64,000 bases of DNA from Pseudothermotoga sp. (GCA_003510135.1 DOKY01000036.1:13503-77502), one strand, 5' to 3'; counted from the first letter of the stretch, positions 20,314 through 30,590 are shown. Program-made: numbers and translations. The notes: a model not told the origin generated them from the letters alone.

Positions 20314-20362
20314 GAAAAATATGAAAGTACAACTTGAAAAATCTGAAGAAATGGTTTACAAT
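20314..20362 (+). promoter_or_regulatory. Sigma-70 promoter with an overlapping direct repeat
   Basis: TTGAAA (20334-20339)-N17-TACAAT (20357-20362). Direct repeat GAAAAATaTGAA (20314-20325) / GAAAAATcTGAA (20336-20347). Confidence 0.6.
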
Positions 20363-20379
20363 TTTTGTGAGGTGGTTCT

Positions 20380-20901
20380 ATGCTGTTGGCTGTGGTCCTG
20401 ATCCTAGCGGGTCTTGGTCTGATAATCTTCGGTGCCAGGGTATTCTTCGGTGTGCTGTTTTTAGCCTCTGGGATCTATCTAATAGCTTGCTTCTTGAACA
20501 TCAAGTTGAAGTGTAAAAAGAGGCGAGAACAGGAGCTTTCTTTCCTGAGGGAACAGTTGAAAGGCAAGCTCAACGAAGAGGACCTGGAATGGGTTACGAG
20601 CTTTCTCACGGCCCCGATCGGTAGAAAATTCATCATCTGGGTCCAGGAGAGAAAAGAGAACGCGAACGTCAGGATCTCTATACCTGTTTCGCTTGTGATG
20701 CTCTTGAGGCCTTTTTTGAATTCGCTCACACCGCTGCTGATGAAGTACCTCGACAAGAAGGTGCCGTTTTCTCTGTCGAAAGACGATCTCAACATGATAA
20801 TCAAGCTGTTGAATTCCTGTCTTGACGAGATCTCAACTTACAGGGGAGATTTCTTACACATCGAAACTCAGGACGCCACGATCAGGATCGGTTTGATGTG
20901 A
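20380..20901 (+). CDS. Hypothetical protein with two N-terminal TM helices
   Basis: GAGGT RBS, hydrophobic first ~40 aa, and a soluble C-terminal domain resembling that of the next gene. Confidence 0.75.
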   Translation: MLLAVVLILAGLGLIIFGARVFFGVLFLASGIYLIACFLNIKLKCKKRREQELSFLREQLKGKLNEEDLEWVTSFLTAPIGRKFIIWVQERKENANVRISIPVSLVMLLRPFLNSLTPLLMKYLDKKVPFSLSKDDLNMIIKLLNSCLDEISTYRGDFLHIETQDATIRIGLM

Positions 20902-20915
20902 AAGGAGGATGAAAA

Positions 20916-21296
20916 ATGAGGGAAGAACTTCTCAAGCTTTTTAGACTGGTTAAGGATGGAAAGTTGAGCCCAGAAGAAGCGCTGGAAATAGCAGAAACGG
21001 TTGGTGTTTTCTCTCAGCCTCAGCAGCCAACGAAGGAAGGAACGTCTACTAAGAAGATGCTCTACGTTCAGATCAGGAACCCTGAGGGAGAAAAGGTCGA
21101 CGTGAAGATACCCCTGAGCATGGCACAGCTTCTGAAACTCACTTTGCCTGCGTTGAAGGATAGGCTACCGGGTGTCGACCTGGAAACGGTTTCGAAACAG
21201 ATCGATCAGGCCTTAGGAAGTCTTCAAGAACTGGAAGGAGACATCGTGAACATATCAAGCGAGGATGGGACAATCGTTCGCCTGTTCATCGGCTGA
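20916..21296 (+). CDS. Hypothetical protein with SHOCT-like N-terminus
   Basis: AAGGAGG RBS; MREELLKLFRLVKDGKLSPEEALE resembles SHOCT-like/LiaX-type N-terminal helices. Confidence 0.8.
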   Translation: MREELLKLFRLVKDGKLSPEEALEIAETVGVFSQPQQPTKEGTSTKKMLYVQIRNPEGEKVDVKIPLSMAQLLKLTLPALKDRLPGVDLETVSKQIDQALGSLQELEGDIVNISSEDGTIVRLFIG

Positions 21297-21345
21297 TGCT
21301 GTGGTAAAATTTCCTGAGCAGAGAACGCTGGAGGTGCTGATGGAC

Positions 21346-23934
21346 ATGGATCTTGGTACTCGTTACACTCCCGAAGCGATCGAAAGAAAATGGTACGATT
21401 TCTGGCTGAAAAAAGGCTACTTTACTCCAACTGGAGTCGGGGAACCGTTCGTGATAGTCATTCCACCTCCCAACATCACCGGGCGTATCCACATGGGACA
21501 CGCCCTCAACATAACTTTGCAGGACATTCTCGTTCGCTACAAGAGAATGAGAGGTTACGACACACTCTGGCTCCCAGGGGAAGACCACGCGGGAATAGCC
21601 ACACAGAACGCCGTCGAGAGACATCTGGCTTCGCAAGGTCTGACTCGTGAAGGACTCGGCAGAGAAAAGTTCCTCGAGATCGTCTGGGAGTGGGCGAATA
21701 AGTACAGAAGAGAGATCAGACAACAGATGGAAACGCTCGGTGCGTCTGTGGACTGGAGCAGGGAGAGATTCACACTCGACGAAGGCCTTTCGCGCGCGGT
21801 TCGAAAAGTGTTTGTAGAGCTCTACAAGAAGGGTTTGATATACAGGGGGAAGTACATGGTGAACTGGTGCCCCAGATGCAAGACGGTGCTCGCAGACGAT
21901 GAGGTTGAACACGAAGAAACCCAGGGAAAGCTCTACTACGTCAGATACCCGCTTTTGGATTCATCTGGTTATATAGTGGTGGCCACAACACGGCCGGAAA
22001 CAATGCTCGGCGATACCGCCATTGCCGTCAACCCGAAGGACGATAGGTACAAACACCTGGTTGGAAAAAGGGCCATCTTACCGCTCGTAAACCGCGAGCT
22101 GCAGATTGTGGCTGACGAATACGTTGATCCAGAATTTGGCACCGGTGCAGTAAAGATCACACCGGCCCATGATCCGAACGATTTCGAAGTTGCGAAACGT
22201 CACGAACTGCCCATGGTTGACATCTTTGATGACAATGCGGTGGTGAACGAAAACGGCGGAAAGTACAGAGGTCTGGACAGGTACAGAGCCAGAGAGGCCA
22301 TCGTTGCGGACCTCCAAGCCGAAGGTTATCTTCTGAAAGTCGAGAACATCACGCACTCTGTGGGGCACTGTTACAGATGCGAAACAGCCGTGGAACCAAG
22401 ACTGATGGATCAGTGGTTCGTCCGTATGAAGCCGTTAGCGAAAAAGGCCATAGAAGCTGTTGAAACTGGCGAGGTGAAGTTCGTTCCCGAAAGATGGAAG
22501 AAGGTCTATCTGCACTGGATGTACAACGTGAGGGATTGGTGCATAAGTAGACAGTTGTGGTGGGGCCACAGGATACCCGTCTGGTACTGTGAAGACTGCG
22601 GACAGACGATGGTTGAAGAGGAGGAACCTGAGCGCTGTTCGAGCTGTGGCTCGGCGAATTTGAAGCAGGATGAAGACGTGCTCGATACGTGGTTTTCTTC
22701 CGCTCTCTGGCCTTTCTCCACTCTCGGTTGGCCGGAGGAAACAGAAGATCTGAAGAGATATTATCCCACTTCGGTTTTAGTGACGGGCTTCGACATCATC
22801 TTCTTCTGGGTTGCTCGGATGATCATGATGGGTTATCAGTTCATGGGGGAAAAACCTTTCAGCCACGTTTACATCCATCAACTCATACGCGACAAGTATG
22901 GACGCAAGATGAGCAAATCCCTTGGCAACGGCATCGATCCGATAGAAATGGCTGAAAAGTACGGGACCGATCCGGTCAGGTTCACGCTCGCCATCCTCGC
23001 AGCACAGGGCGTTGACATAAAGCTGGACGAGAAATACTTCGACACTTACAAGAAGTTTGCAAACAAGATTTGGAACGCCACCAGGTTCGTCCTCATGAAC
23101 CTCGAGGGGTTCGAACCCGTTAGTCTGGACGGGCTCGACACCGCGGACAGATGGATTCTGTCTCGGCTTCAGAGAACAATTCAGGCAGTCACAAACGCTC
23201 TGGAAAACTACGATTTCAACGTGGCGGCGAAAGCACTCTATGACTTCTTCTGGGACGAATTCTGCGACTGGTACATAGAATGTGCGAAACCAAGACTGTC
23301 TTCGGATGCCAGGAGCATCGTCCAGAACGTGCTCGTCAAGGTGCTCGACGTGAGTTTCAGGTTGCTGCACCCGTTCATGCCTTTCCTGTCGGAGGAACTC
23401 TGGCAACGCCTTCCTATCGCCAGAGAGTCGATCGTGATCGCACCGTGGCCTGAGTTCGAGGAAAACTTCCTGAACGATGAAGCCGAAGGAGCCTTCTCGA
23501 TGATCCAGCAGATTGTCAGAGGTGTCAGGAACATACGGGCCGAACTGAACATACCTGCTAAACAAGCAGTAAAACTTTTCGTCGTTGGAAGAACGCTCTT
23601 GGATGAGGAAGCACTGTACGTGAAGCATCTCGCATTCGTTGAAGACATCGTCTACACAGAGAGAAAACCTCAACTCTGTGCCACAGCCTTTATTTCGAGC
23701 GATTTACACGTGTACGTGAACGTGGAAGGTATGAATATCGAAGAAGAGATGAAGAGACTCGAGAAAAACATTTCGAAGCTCGAACAAGATAGAGAATGGT
23801 TGCTGAAAAAACTTTCGGACGAAAACTTCCTGACACGCGCGCCGGAGGACGCTGTGAACGAAGCAAAGCAAAAGCTGTCGCAAACAGACGAAAGATTGAA
23901 GATCCTCAGACAGATTTTGGAGGATCTGTCATGA
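21346..23934 (+). CDS. valS: Valine--tRNA ligase
   Basis: PPPNITGRIHMGHA, DWCISRQLWWGHRIP, KMSKS. Extended -10 TGgTAAAAT at 21302-21310. Start could be 21340. Confidence 0.97.
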   Translation: MDLGTRYTPEAIERKWYDFWLKKGYFTPTGVGEPFVIVIPPPNITGRIHMGHALNITLQDILVRYKRMRGYDTLWLPGEDHAGIATQNAVERHLASQGLTREGLGREKFLEIVWEWANKYRREIRQQMETLGASVDWSRERFTLDEGLSRAVRKVFVELYKKGLIYRGKYMVNWCPRCKTVLADDEVEHEETQGKLYYVRYPLLDSSGYIVVATTRPETMLGDTAIAVNPKDDRYKHLVGKRAILPLVNRELQIVADEYVDPEFGTGAVKITPAHDPNDFEVAKRHELPMVDIFDDNAVVNENGGKYRGLDRYRAREAIVADLQAEGYLLKVENITHSVGHCYRCETAVEPRLMDQWFVRMKPLAKKAIEAVETGEVKFVPERWKKVYLHWMYNVRDWCISRQLWWGHRIPVWYCEDCGQTMVEEEEPERCSSCGSANLKQDEDVLDTWFSSALWPFSTLGWPEETEDLKRYYPTSVLVTGFDIIFFWVARMIMMGYQFMGEKPFSHVYIHQLIRDKYGRKMSKSLGNGIDPIEMAEKYGTDPVRFTLAILAAQGVDIKLDEKYFDTYKKFANKIWNATRFVLMNLEGFEPVSLDGLDTADRWILSRLQRTIQAVTNALENYDFNVAAKALYDFFWDEFCDWYIECAKPRLSSDARSIVQNVLVKVLDVSFRLLHPFMPFLSEELWQRLPIARESIVIAPWPEFEENFLNDEAEGAFSMIQQIVRGVRNIRAELNIPAKQAVKLFVVGRTLLDEEALYVKHLAFVEDIVYTERKPQLCATAFISSDLHVYVNVEGMNIEEEMKRLEKNISKLEQDREWLLKKLSDENFLTRAPEDAVNEAKQKLSQTDERLKILRQILEDLS

Positions 23935-25253
23935 CTTATCTTGAGATGCTTGAATACATTTACAAAGAGAGACCTTCAGGTAAGATCACGCTGGGACTTG
24001 AGCGAATCGTGGAGCTGTGCGAGCTTCTGGGCAATCCGCAGTGCAGTTTCCGCAGTGTTCATGTCACCGGCACCAACGGTAAAGGTTCGGTAACAAAGCT
24101 GCTGAGTAACTTATTGATCGAGCACGGTTTCCAGACTGGTGGTTACTACTCACCGCATTTGTCGAGCTTCAAAGAGAGAATTCTTGTGAACGAAGAGTTT
24201 GTGCCGGACGAGCTGTATCTGGAATGTTTCAGGGAAGTTCAAAAATTTGCAGAGCAGATGGATCAGAAAGGAGAGACACACAAACCCAGCTTCTTTGAAT
24301 TCACGACTGCGATGGCCTTTTGCATCTTTGAACGAATGAAGGTAAGAACGAGTGCGATAGAGGTTGGTCTCGGTGGGAGATTCGATGCGACGAACGTTCT
24401 CAAGAGCGATGTGGCCGTCATCGTCACTGTAGGTTACGATCACATGCACATCCTCGGTGACACGCTCGAGAAAATCGCTTTCGAGAAGGCCGGCATCATA
24501 AAGGATTCGATCCCAACTGTTTGCGGCGAGACCAAACCTGGGCCCGTCGAGGTGATAAAGAAAGTCTGCGAGGAGAAGAAGAGTGAGCTCCATCTTCTGA
24601 ACCGGGACTTCATTTATGAGAACACGGAGATGAAGCTCAACGAAAACAGGTTCGATTTCAGAGGTCAGAGAGAGTTCAAAAGGCTTGAACTCACGCTGAA
24701 CGGTGAACATCAGTTTTTGAACGCTGCTGTCGCGCTTGAGGCGTTCTTGTTGTTCGCGGACCGGATGGGTTTCGAGGTGAAAGAAGAGGCTGTTCGAAAG
24801 GCACTCAAGAAAACAACTCATCCAGGCAGGTTCGAAGTCGTTGGTGAGAGACCGAGGTACATTTTCGACGGTGCACACAACGCGTCGGCCGCAACGAGTT
24901 TGAGAAAGGCCATAAACACGTATTTCAAGGGCGAGAAGCTGGCGGGTTTGGTGGGCATACTGGATGACAAGGACAAAGCTGGCGTTCTGTCACAGATCGC
25001 CCCTTTGTTCGAGAGGCTGATCGTTACACGGCCAGTTTCCCACCGCGCTGTGAATCCACAGGAGACGTATGAGATAGCAAAAAGATACAACGACAGCGTT
25101 TCCTTCGAACCCGACCCCATAAAGGCTTTGGAAACACTAAAAGAAGAGGGCTGGCCGACGATAATAATCACGGGCTCCCTGTATCTGGTGGGTTACGTGA
25201 GAGACTACGTTCTGGATGGCAAACTCGAACCAGAATGGGCGATCGCGGGGTGA
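23931..25253 (+). CDS. folC: Folylpolyglutamate synthase/dihydrofolate synthase
   Basis: HVTGTNGKGS, SPHL, EVGLGGRFDATN, DGAHN, TGSLYLVG. ATGA overlap with valS. Confidence 0.95.
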   Translation: MTYLEMLEYIYKERPSGKITLGLERIVELCELLGNPQCSFRSVHVTGTNGKGSVTKLLSNLLIEHGFQTGGYYSPHLSSFKERILVNEEFVPDELYLECFREVQKFAEQMDQKGETHKPSFFEFTTAMAFCIFERMKVRTSAIEVGLGGRFDATNVLKSDVAVIVTVGYDHMHILGDTLEKIAFEKAGIIKDSIPTVCGETKPGPVEVIKKVCEEKKSELHLLNRDFIYENTEMKLNENRFDFRGQREFKRLELTLNGEHQFLNAAVALEAFLLFADRMGFEVKEEAVRKALKKTTHPGRFEVVGERPRYIFDGAHNASAATSLRKAINTYFKGEKLAGLVGILDDKDKAGVLSQIAPLFERLIVTRPVSHRAVNPQETYEIAKRYNDSVSFEPDPIKALETLKEEGWPTIIITGSLYLVGYVRDYVLDGKLEPEWAIAG

Positions 25254-25257
25254 GCCC

Positions 25258-25824
25258 TTGCTCGCTGCAGTTTACGGAGAAGTTGAGGGGATAAAAGGAA
25301 ACGTCGTACTGTTGCGTGTGGCAGATTTCGTTTTCGAGATTCACTGCGACAGCAAAACTGCACAATCACTCAAGGCTGGTGAAAGGGTCAGACTCCACAC
25401 ACATCTCGAGTTCAACCAGGACGGGTTCACACTCTACGGATTTCTCGAGGAAGAGAAGCTGGAGGTGTTTGAGAAAATCACCAGGGTCTCAAAAGTGGGT
25501 CACAGAACGGCTCTGAAGATCCTTTCTTCGGTCGAGCCCGACGAGTTCGTTTACATGATCAAAAGTAGCGACATCGAAAGACTGTCTCAGGTACCCGGAG
25601 TCGGGAGGAAGACGGCGGAAAGGCTCGTCTCGGAACTGAAGGACGATGAATTTTCAGTCGCTTTTGCGCTGAACAGAGAGTACCTCGACGCAGTTGAGGC
25701 CCTGACGGTGCTAGGTTTTCCGAGATCCGAAGCCCGAGACGCGGTGAGAAAGGTTTTCAAACCGAGCATGAGTGCCGAACAAATTGTCAAAGAGGCGCTG
25801 AGACTGCTCGCTAAGAAGGTGTGA
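25258..25824 (+). CDS. ruvA: Holliday junction branch migration protein RuvA
   Basis: LYGF...E.EVF, HhH motifs VSKVGHRTA and VPGVGRKTAERLVSELKD, C-terminal AVEALTVLGF. Confidence 0.92.
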   Translation: MLAAVYGEVEGIKGNVVLLRVADFVFEIHCDSKTAQSLKAGERVRLHTHLEFNQDGFTLYGFLEEEKLEVFEKITRVSKVGHRTALKILSSVEPDEFVYMIKSSDIERLSQVPGVGRKTAERLVSELKDDEFSVAFALNREYLDAVEALTVLGFPRSEARDAVRKVFKPSMSAEQIVKEALRLLAKKV

Positions 25825-25826
25825 GC

Positions 25827-26306
25827 ATGCTTGAGTCTGTGTCGAACCCAACGCTCGGTTATAGACTCGATCCTGGGGAACTGGGTTTGTGGAATACTGC
25901 TTCGGCCAGCCGAAGCATTTTGCGCGTGCTCACTCAGGAGATCAGCAACTGGCTTTATTTCAAGCGAAAGGTTGAACGAGAAGGCGGAGTCATCATACAA
26001 GGTGGCATCAGTCTCGATCTGAGAAAGAAGGGTTCTTTCCTTGCAGCGGTAGCGGGCAGGACTACCGTCTGGGTGTACTATCCCGGTGAGAGAACGCAAA
26101 ACGACGTGGCTGCAGACAACCAGTACAAACAGCACATACAGGAAAAAATTAGGGAACTCGAAAACCAGCTGACTTTCGCAACACCAGAAGAAAGAGAGAA
26201 ACTGGAGCAGCAGATCCAGCTGCTCAGGATGGCTATGAACCTGCCACTCCAGCTCGTTCAGATGCTGCTCGAACCCATGGGACTATTTCTCAACGCGATC
26301 GTCTGA
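25827..26306 (+). CDS. Hypothetical protein with C-terminal coiled coil
   Basis: Directly follows ruvA and fills the space to the HD-GYP gene; plausible protein composition. Confidence 0.7.
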   Translation: MLESVSNPTLGYRLDPGELGLWNTASASRSILRVLTQEISNWLYFKRKVEREGGVIIQGGISLDLRKKGSFLAAVAGRTTVWVYYPGERTQNDVAADNQYKQHIQEKIRELENQLTFATPEEREKLEQQIQLLRMAMNLPLQLVQMLLEPMGLFLNAIV

Positions 26307-27161
26307 ACCTTTCTTCTCCATCATCCTGAGAAAGACTTCAACCAACTTTGGATCGAACATCTTTCCACTCTGAACCTTTATCATTTCGAGAGCTTCCTGT
26401 TTTGTTTTTGGACCCGTGCCCCATTCGGAGGTCACAAAATGAGTGAGCTCGTCAAAGTAATCACAAATGGCTATGATTCTCGCAAACAGCGGTATCTCTT
26501 CTCCCTTCAGCCCATCTGGATAACCTTTTCCGTCCCACCGTTCGTGGTGCGACCTCACCGCGGGAACAACGTCCCAGAGGTACTCGATCGACGATAGATA
26601 GATCGCACCCATCACAGTGTGATCCTGTGGCATGTTTTCGAAGATTCTGATCCGTGTCGGCGTGTACATCATGAGCTGCTCGATGCCTATCTTACCAACA
26701 TCATGAAGCATCGCTGATTCTTTCAAAAGTTCCTGTTCCTTTTCGTTCAGGTCCAGTTCTTTTCCCATCTCCACACACAGACGCGTGACCCTTTGGGAAT
26801 GGCTGAAACCCTGTTTGTCTTCCACCTCCATCAACACGACCATCGCCTGTAAGATTCCGCTGACCAGTTTTCGTGCGAACCTGTAGCTGGTGAAAGCCGC
26901 TCTGCTGTCTTCTCTGTCCACGTAAGATTTCACGAAGGCCCAGATCGAATCGTGGACGCCTGGCTCGTTCACGAATCGCGCCACGATCTTTCCAGAGTCG
27001 TACAGTTCCACGAAATCATCCCGAACGACCAGTTGCGGTGACAGATCCTGCCGGAACGTATCGGTTATGAACAAACTGTTGGACAACGGTTCCTCTGCGG
27101 AACAGAGTTTCTCGAATCGTTCAATCAAGGCGTCCTTCTCTTTCAGCACCACGCACACCAT
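26283..27161 (-). CDS. HD-GYP domain protein (cyclic dinucleotide phosphodiesterase family)
   Basis: HSQRV, LHDVGKIGI, HHERWDGKGYPDGLKGEEIP, FDPKLV. Confidence 0.9.
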   Translation of the reverse strand: MVCVVLKEKDALIERFEKLCSAEEPLSNSLFITDTFRQDLSPQLVVRDDFVELYDSGKIVARFVNEPGVHDSIWAFVKSYVDREDSRAAFTSYRFARKLVSGILQAMVVLMEVEDKQGFSHSQRVTRLCVEMGKELDLNEKEQELLKESAMLHDVGKIGIEQLMMYTPTRIRIFENMPQDHTVMGAIYLSSIEYLWDVVPAVRSHHERWDGKGYPDGLKGEEIPLFARIIAICDYFDELTHFVTSEWGTGPKTKQEALEMIKVQSGKMFDPKLVEVFLRMMEKKGSDDRVEK

Positions 27162-27164
27162 CTT

Positions 27165-29084
27165 TCATCCCTCTACCAAACTTTTCAACGAACGGATTCT
27201 TATTTCCTCGACGATCGCGTTCAACACCTCATCGATATCCTTCGCTCCAAGATCCACACCCTTTCTCGTCCTGACGGAGACCTTCTTTTCGTTCATCTCC
27301 CTGTCACCTACGATGAACATGTACGGCACCTTCATCGTCTGAGCTTCCCTCACTCTGTAAGAGAGTGTTTCGTGCCGTGCATCGAGCTTGATTCTGACGC
27401 CGCTGCTTGAAAACCGCTCTACAACCTGCTCTGCGTAGTGTCTGTGCCGATCGGAGATTGGTAGTACCACGGCCTGTATTGGGGCAAGCCAGGTGGGAAA
27501 CGCTCCAGCAAAATGCTCGATGAGTATACCCAGGAATCTTTCTAAGCTTCCATATTTGGCTGTGTGTATCATCACTGGTCTGACCTGCGAGCCATCGGCA
27601 TCCACATAGTAAAGGTCGAACCTCTGGGGCATGAGGAAATCCAGCTGTACGGTTGCGCACTGCCACATCCTGCCTATGGAATCTTTCACGTGGAAGTCTA
27701 TCTTTGGTCCATAGAAGGCTCCTTCTCCTTCTTTTATAACGTAAGGAAGTTTGATCGAGTCCAACGCGTTTTTCAACGATTCTGTGGCCATGTTCCAGGT
27801 TTCCACATCGCCCATGTGGTCCTCCGGCATCATACTCAACTCAACCGAATATTCGAAACCGAACTGCTCGTAGATACGCTCTATGAGCCTGATGATCCCA
27901 ACGATTTCCTGTTCTATCTGATCAATCCTGCAGAAAATGTGCGCATCGTCCTGGGTGAAACTCCTCACACGCAACAGTCCGTGGAGCACCCCGCTCCTCT
28001 CGTACCTGTGGACTCTACCGAATTCGAAGTACCGGATCGGCAAGTCTCTGTAAGACACGGGCCTGTTCTTGTAGATGAGTATGTGTCCCGGACAGTTCAT
28101 CGGTTTTATGGCGAAGTTCTGATCCTCCTTCGAGGTGAAATACATGTTCTCCTTGTAATGATCCCAGTGACCAGACATCCTCCAGAGTTTCTCGCTCATC
28201 ACCAGGGGTGTCATGACCTCCTGATAGCCGCTTGCCAGGTGTAGTTCCCTCGAAAAATCCATCAGTTCGCGCAGGATCACCGTACCTGCCGGGGTGAAAA
28301 TAGGCATGCCCGGTGCGTAATCGTGATCGATGAAGAATATGCCGAGTGCGGGGCCGAGTCTTCTATGATCCCTTCGCTTGGCCTCCTCAATCATCTCCAG
28401 GTACTTCTTCAGTTTCTCCTCACTCGCGAAGGCTGTTCCGTATATCCTCTGGAGCATGGGGTTGTTCTCGTTTCCTCTCCAGTAAGCGCCGGAGAGTGAC
28501 AACAGCTTAAAGTGTTTCACGATCCCGGTGGACGGTAGATGAGGTCCTCTGCACAGATCCACGAACTCTCCCTGCTTGTAAAATGTCACCGTTTCTTCCT
28601 GCATCTCGCTCAGCAGTTCTGCCTTGTACTTTTGTCCCCTTCGTTTCATGAACTCGATGGCTTCGTCTTTCTTCATCGTGAAGCGTTCTATGGGGAGATC
28701 CTGTTCGATTATCTTTCTCATCTCTTCTTCAATTTTTGGAAGATCCTCCTCTACGATCTTCCCGGAGATGATTTCGAAATCGTAGTAAAAGCCGTTCTCT
28801 ATGACCGGACCTATGCCGAGCAAGACCTTATCTTCACCGAAGATCCTCGTTACCGCTTGCGCCATGATGTGAGACATGGTGTGTCGGTACACCTGTGGTG
28901 CCATGGGATGATCGAGTGTGACAAATTCGATATGACCTTCCTTCACTTCATCACGAACATCGATCAGCTTCCCATCGTTGATGGCGGCTATCACCGTCTT
29001 GCGGCCGAACCTTTCGGCGAGAGATTCAACACTGATGGAAGCTTCGAGCTCAAGCTCCCCAACGTCCTTTATGATAAGCTTCAT
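27165..29084 (-). CDS. thrS: Threonine--tRNA ligase
   Basis: [43 protein letters not shown] and extended -10 TGgTAATAT at 29114-29106. Confidence 0.97.
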   Translation of the reverse strand: MKLIIKDVGELELEASISVESLAERFGRKTVIAAINDGKLIDVRDEVKEGHIEFVTLDHPMAPQVYRHTMSHIMAQAVTRIFGEDKVLLGIGPVIENGFYYDFEIISGKIVEEDLPKIEEEMRKIIEQDLPIERFTMKKDEAIEFMKRRGQKYKAELLSEMQEETVTFYKQGEFVDLCRGPHLPSTGIVKHFKLLSLSGAYWRGNENNPMLQRIYGTAFASEEKLKKYLEMIEEAKRRDHRRLGPALGIFFIDHDYAPGMPIFTPAGTVILRELMDFSRELHLASGYQEVMTPLVMSEKLWRMSGHWDHYKENMYFTSKEDQNFAIKPMNCPGHILIYKNRPVSYRDLPIRYFEFGRVHRYERSGVLHGLLRVRSFTQDDAHIFCRIDQIEQEIVGIIRLIERIYEQFGFEYSVELSMMPEDHMGDVETWNMATESLKNALDSIKLPYVIKEGEGAFYGPKIDFHVKDSIGRMWQCATVQLDFLMPQRFDLYYVDADGSQVRPVMIHTAKYGSLERFLGILIEHFAGAFPTWLAPIQAVVLPISDRHRHYAEQVVERFSSSGVRIKLDARHETLSYRVREAQTMKVPYMFIVGDREMNEKKVSVRTRKGVDLGAKDIDEVLNAIVEEIRIRSLKSLVEG

Positions 29085-29462
29085 TCTGGCACCTCCTTTT
29101 TAACAATATTACCACACACTCTCTTGACTGTTTGTGGCACAGAATACGGCGATTCTTTTGTGCGATATTGCGAGTTCGACAATGGTCTCACGGCTATTTT
29201 CACGGTTGTTAACCTTCTTTATCGTTTCTTCCACTGGAGGTTGTGTGTCCAGAAGATTGGCCCACAATCTCGATAGTTGCACATCTGAGCGAGTAACTCG
29301 AGAAGCGGTTTACACTCACGCCTTATTTTCCAGCGGAAAACCGCAATCCGGGACCGCGTTAGATCTGCATCTTCGTAATGAGTTTTGAACCGACGTGTAC
29401 AATATAATTGATGATGTAACCGAAAAATGTTTCGACCATTGAGTTGCTTGGGAGCTGGTGAA

Positions 29463-30590
29463 ATGAGAATAAGGGCCAAGCGGTTGTTCACACCGCTGAG
29501 AGAGTTCAATGATGTTTGTGTCACGATCGAAAACGGTAGGATAATATCCATGGGGAAAAGCAGGCTCGTGGCAGACCAGCGATATCCTCTCGTTGTTCCC
29601 GCGTTCATAGACAGTCACACGCATGGGGCCATTGGTATCGATGTGATGAATGCGACAGTCGAAGATTTCCTGAAGCTTTCTACATTCTACGCTCAGCACG
29701 GCATTGGATGCTTCTTCCCAACCACCGTGTCGGACACGTTCGACAGTCTGTCAAGAGTGGCGGAAACTGTCAGGCGAGCGATGAAAAGCGATATGCTGAA
29801 GGCGAAGATCGGTGGTCTCTACGTCGAAGGACCTTATCTGAGTTCGGCAAAGAGTGGGGCGCACAGAAAAGATTTGCTCAAGGAACCCGATTTGGAGGAG
29901 CTTTCAAGGTTCGTTTCTGAGTACGGCGATGTTGTCAAGATCTTCGCCATCGCACCGGAGCTTGAAGGTGCAAAAGAGGCGATCAAATTACTGCGAAGGC
30001 ACAGAACAATCGCGAGTATTGCGCACACGAACGCCACCTACAAAGAGACCCTGCAAGCGATAGAGGCTGGAGCGAACCGGGCAACGCACGTGTTCAACGC
30101 GATGAGGCCGTTTGACCACAGAGAGCCCGGTGTGATTGGGGCCGTTTTGACGAATAAAGATGTGTACTGTGAGATCATATGCGACCTGGTGCACCTTCAT
30201 CCAGCATCGATTGAGATCGTTGTCAAAACCAAGGGACCTTTCAAGACCCTGTTGATCAGCGATTCCATATCTGCCACGGGACTTGAGGATGGCGTCTACG
30301 AACTCGGTCAGATGAAGGTCGAAGTCAAGCAAGGTATTGCCATGCTCTTCGGACAAAACGTTCTTGCAGGAAGCACGTTGACGATCGATCGGGCGATCAA
30401 GAACCTTGTCTTTGGTCTCGGAATACCGCTCAGGTCTGCTTTCGTCATGGCGAGTTTCACGGCGAGCAAAGCGAGTGGGATGAAGCCCAACCTGATCGCA
30501 GAAGGGATGGCTGCAGACATCCTGGCACTTGATGAAGAACTCACACCCTTGGCACTTTACGTGGACGGCCGGTTGGTTCATCGGTGCTGA
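29463..30590 (+). CDS. nagA: N-acetylglucosamine-6-phosphate deacetylase
   Basis: FIDSHTHG, PTT, EGPY, THVFNAM, LAGSTL. Confidence 0.93.
   Translation: MRIRAKRLFTPLREFNDVCVTIENGRIISMGKSRLVADQRYPLVVPAFIDSHTHGAIGIDVMNATVEDFLKLSTFYAQHGIGCFFPTTVSDTFDSLSRVAETVRRAMKSDMLKAKIGGLYVEGPYLSSAKSGAHRKDLLKEPDLEELSRFVSEYGDVVKIFAIAPELEGAKEAIKLLRRHRTIASIAHTNATYKETLQAIEAGANRATHVFNAMRPFDHREPGVIGAVLTNKDVYCEIICDLVHLHPASIEIVVKTKGPFKTLLISDSISATGLEDGVYELGQMKVEVKQGIAMLFGQNVLAGSTLTIDRAIKNLVFGLGIPLRSAFVMASFTASKASGMKPNLIAEGMAADILALDEELTPLALYVDGRLVHRC

Noticed and set aside
29224..29246. Faint resemblance to a Thermotoga-type CRISPR repeat (GTTTCTTCCACTGGAGGT)
   Set aside because: Single, poorly matching copy with no spacers and no cas genes.
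29085..29460. T-box riboswitch upstream of thrS
   Set aside because: No GGTGGNACC antiterminator motif or terminator on the - strand; the GGGACCGCG at about 29350 is on the wrong strand and lacks the UGG.
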